From assembly GCA_030704615.1 (NCBI GenBank), contig CM060732.1:80352001-80416000 (forward strand): a stretch of 64,000 nt of DNA. The letters are read 5' to 3'. The stretch comes from Takakia lepidozioides (Eukaryota > Plantae > Bryophyta). Below are positions 62,686-64,000 of this stretch, piece after piece. The notes below the pieces were generated by a model. It was given only the letters and a program-made list of their open reading frames with translations. It did no database searches and had not been told where the DNA came from. The translations under genes were made by a program, and so were the position numbers. Positions within the stretch are counted from its first letter, which is position 1. Each line of letters begins with the position of its first letter.

Positions 62686-64000
62686 TTTGGCCTAATTTCC
62701 CGTGACGGAAACTTCCTTGCTGAAGGTGACAACGGTTGGACGCTGCAGTTCATTGTCTTCGCCTCCTGGTGGCCTCTTAGCTCATCCCCTTGTCCACAAA
62801 CCTCGTCCTCATCTACAGATCTCCCCCAATGCACCGCAATTGGTTTCAAATTGTTCCAAACATATCTCAACGCAATGCGATTTGGAAAAGAAGCTTTAAA
62901 CCCAGGGAAAGGCTTCCAAGCAGGGTAGGCTCGGGAAGGCATGTGACTGCACACGGAGACGCCTGGACCACATATGCAGAAAGCCGGCACTTCCCACACG
63001 GATGCCACACACACCATATGAGCTTCCATGACTCCTTCCAGATCTTCTGCCAAACTTACTTTCCACAGCTCTTTCAGGGTGGGTGGTTATCAAATCAGCC
63101 CGGACACCGATCAACGACACACAGTTAAAAGAAGACTGCGACTTTGCATCTATGATAGCTCAAGCACAAGCACAAGAACAATCTGAAATCTCAGTGCGTC
63201 AGTTAGAAAGGCCATATGTATGAACCCACTGCAGTCCCTCCTGGATAGGTTAAGCACAAGAGCTGCACAGGAGTACTCTGAAATCATCGTGGTGCCAGAA
63301 CCGGCCAGACAACAACACACTTTTCCACACCACCAAATCCCATAAGTTTTTCAGAAACACGCAGATCACAGTCTCGTCAAACGAACCCGACCCTAGAAGT
63401 TAGAACTCGAGTGGCACAAATCTGACCTCTCATGGCAGGATTCTTTGACTATTTTTCGAATAGTTATTTGAGTATTATAGGAGACATTATAAACCTGGAA
63501 ACTCTGGGGAGCCTTCCGGCCATCAATGGCTGCCTGATCTTAGGCTTTACAATCTGGGTATTTCTGCATCCTCAGCATGGTTTTCCTAAGTGGAAGGTAC
63601 TAAAGGTGAGGAATTGGGGTTGCACATTTGAGTCGGCCTTATTTTACGTCCTACAATCTCGTTCTTTTAGCTCGTTCGTTGCCCTCCGTGGACCTTCTGA
63701 AGTTCTTTTCTTTCTCAGACAACAACATCAACATGGTCTTCCGAGATCCAACAGAAAAAGTGGGAGCTTTGTAAATCTCTAGAAATCAACTACGGGTGGT
63801 TGCACATGCGAGCGGGCCAGATTTCAGCATTTCCGATCCCTCTATCTCTCTCACAAACTGCAATGTCGACATGGTCGTCCTCAAATTCAACAGCAAAAAA
63901 GTAGACAGTATTTGTAAAGGTACTTAAAGTGTGGAATTCAACGGCTGTGCAGTCCTTTTGAATTATCATGGACAGCGAGACATGATGTTTCGAATCTTGT

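Noticed and set aside
63130-64000. Short ORFs at the window end
   Set aside because: No recognisable domains; may be promoter or 5' exon region of the PPR gene.

Overview
Eukaryotic, intron-containing plant DNA, most likely from a non-seed land plant. This is inferred from the PLS-PPR genes, a CRE-clade and an RTEX-like LINE, and a Galadriel-like chromovirus. (1) ~0.8-15.3 kb is one ~14.5-kb Mutator-superfamily (MULE) element with ~1.5-kb foldback-type TIRs built from tandem GTAACCC/GTCACCC repeats. It carries a DDE+SWIM transposase (-), a convergent large gene ending in a Ulp1/C48 SUMO-protease domain (+), and a decayed inverted paralogue of that gene's Cys/His-rich N-terminal domain. The same short motif saturates the element's TIRs, its larger introns, its intergenic DNA and one coding exon, an architecture reminiscent of VANDAL/VANC anti-silencing systems. 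(2) 16-24.7 kb holds two tandem 5-exon UDP-glycosyltransferases. (3) 25.8-40.2 kb is a 2OG-Fe(II) dioxygenase split by a three-level nest: a CRE retrotransposon, then chromovirus A, then chromovirus B, with an exact TSD for A and near-matches for B and the CRE element. (4) 41.6-50 kb holds a truncated phosphomevalonate kinase, a decayed gene joining tandem OSB-type PDF motifs to a PLS-PPR tract, and an intact MCU gene. (5) 51-55.4 kb is a near-intact single-ORF RTEX-like LINE inserted at the edge of a (CT)n tract. (6) 55.8-63 kb holds a FRO pseudogene and an intact 971-aa PLS-E PPR ORF with a relic DYW domain downstream and a relic PDF exon upstream. Some single-base frameshifts may be assembly errors. 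All homology calls come from motif recognition by eye, not database searches.
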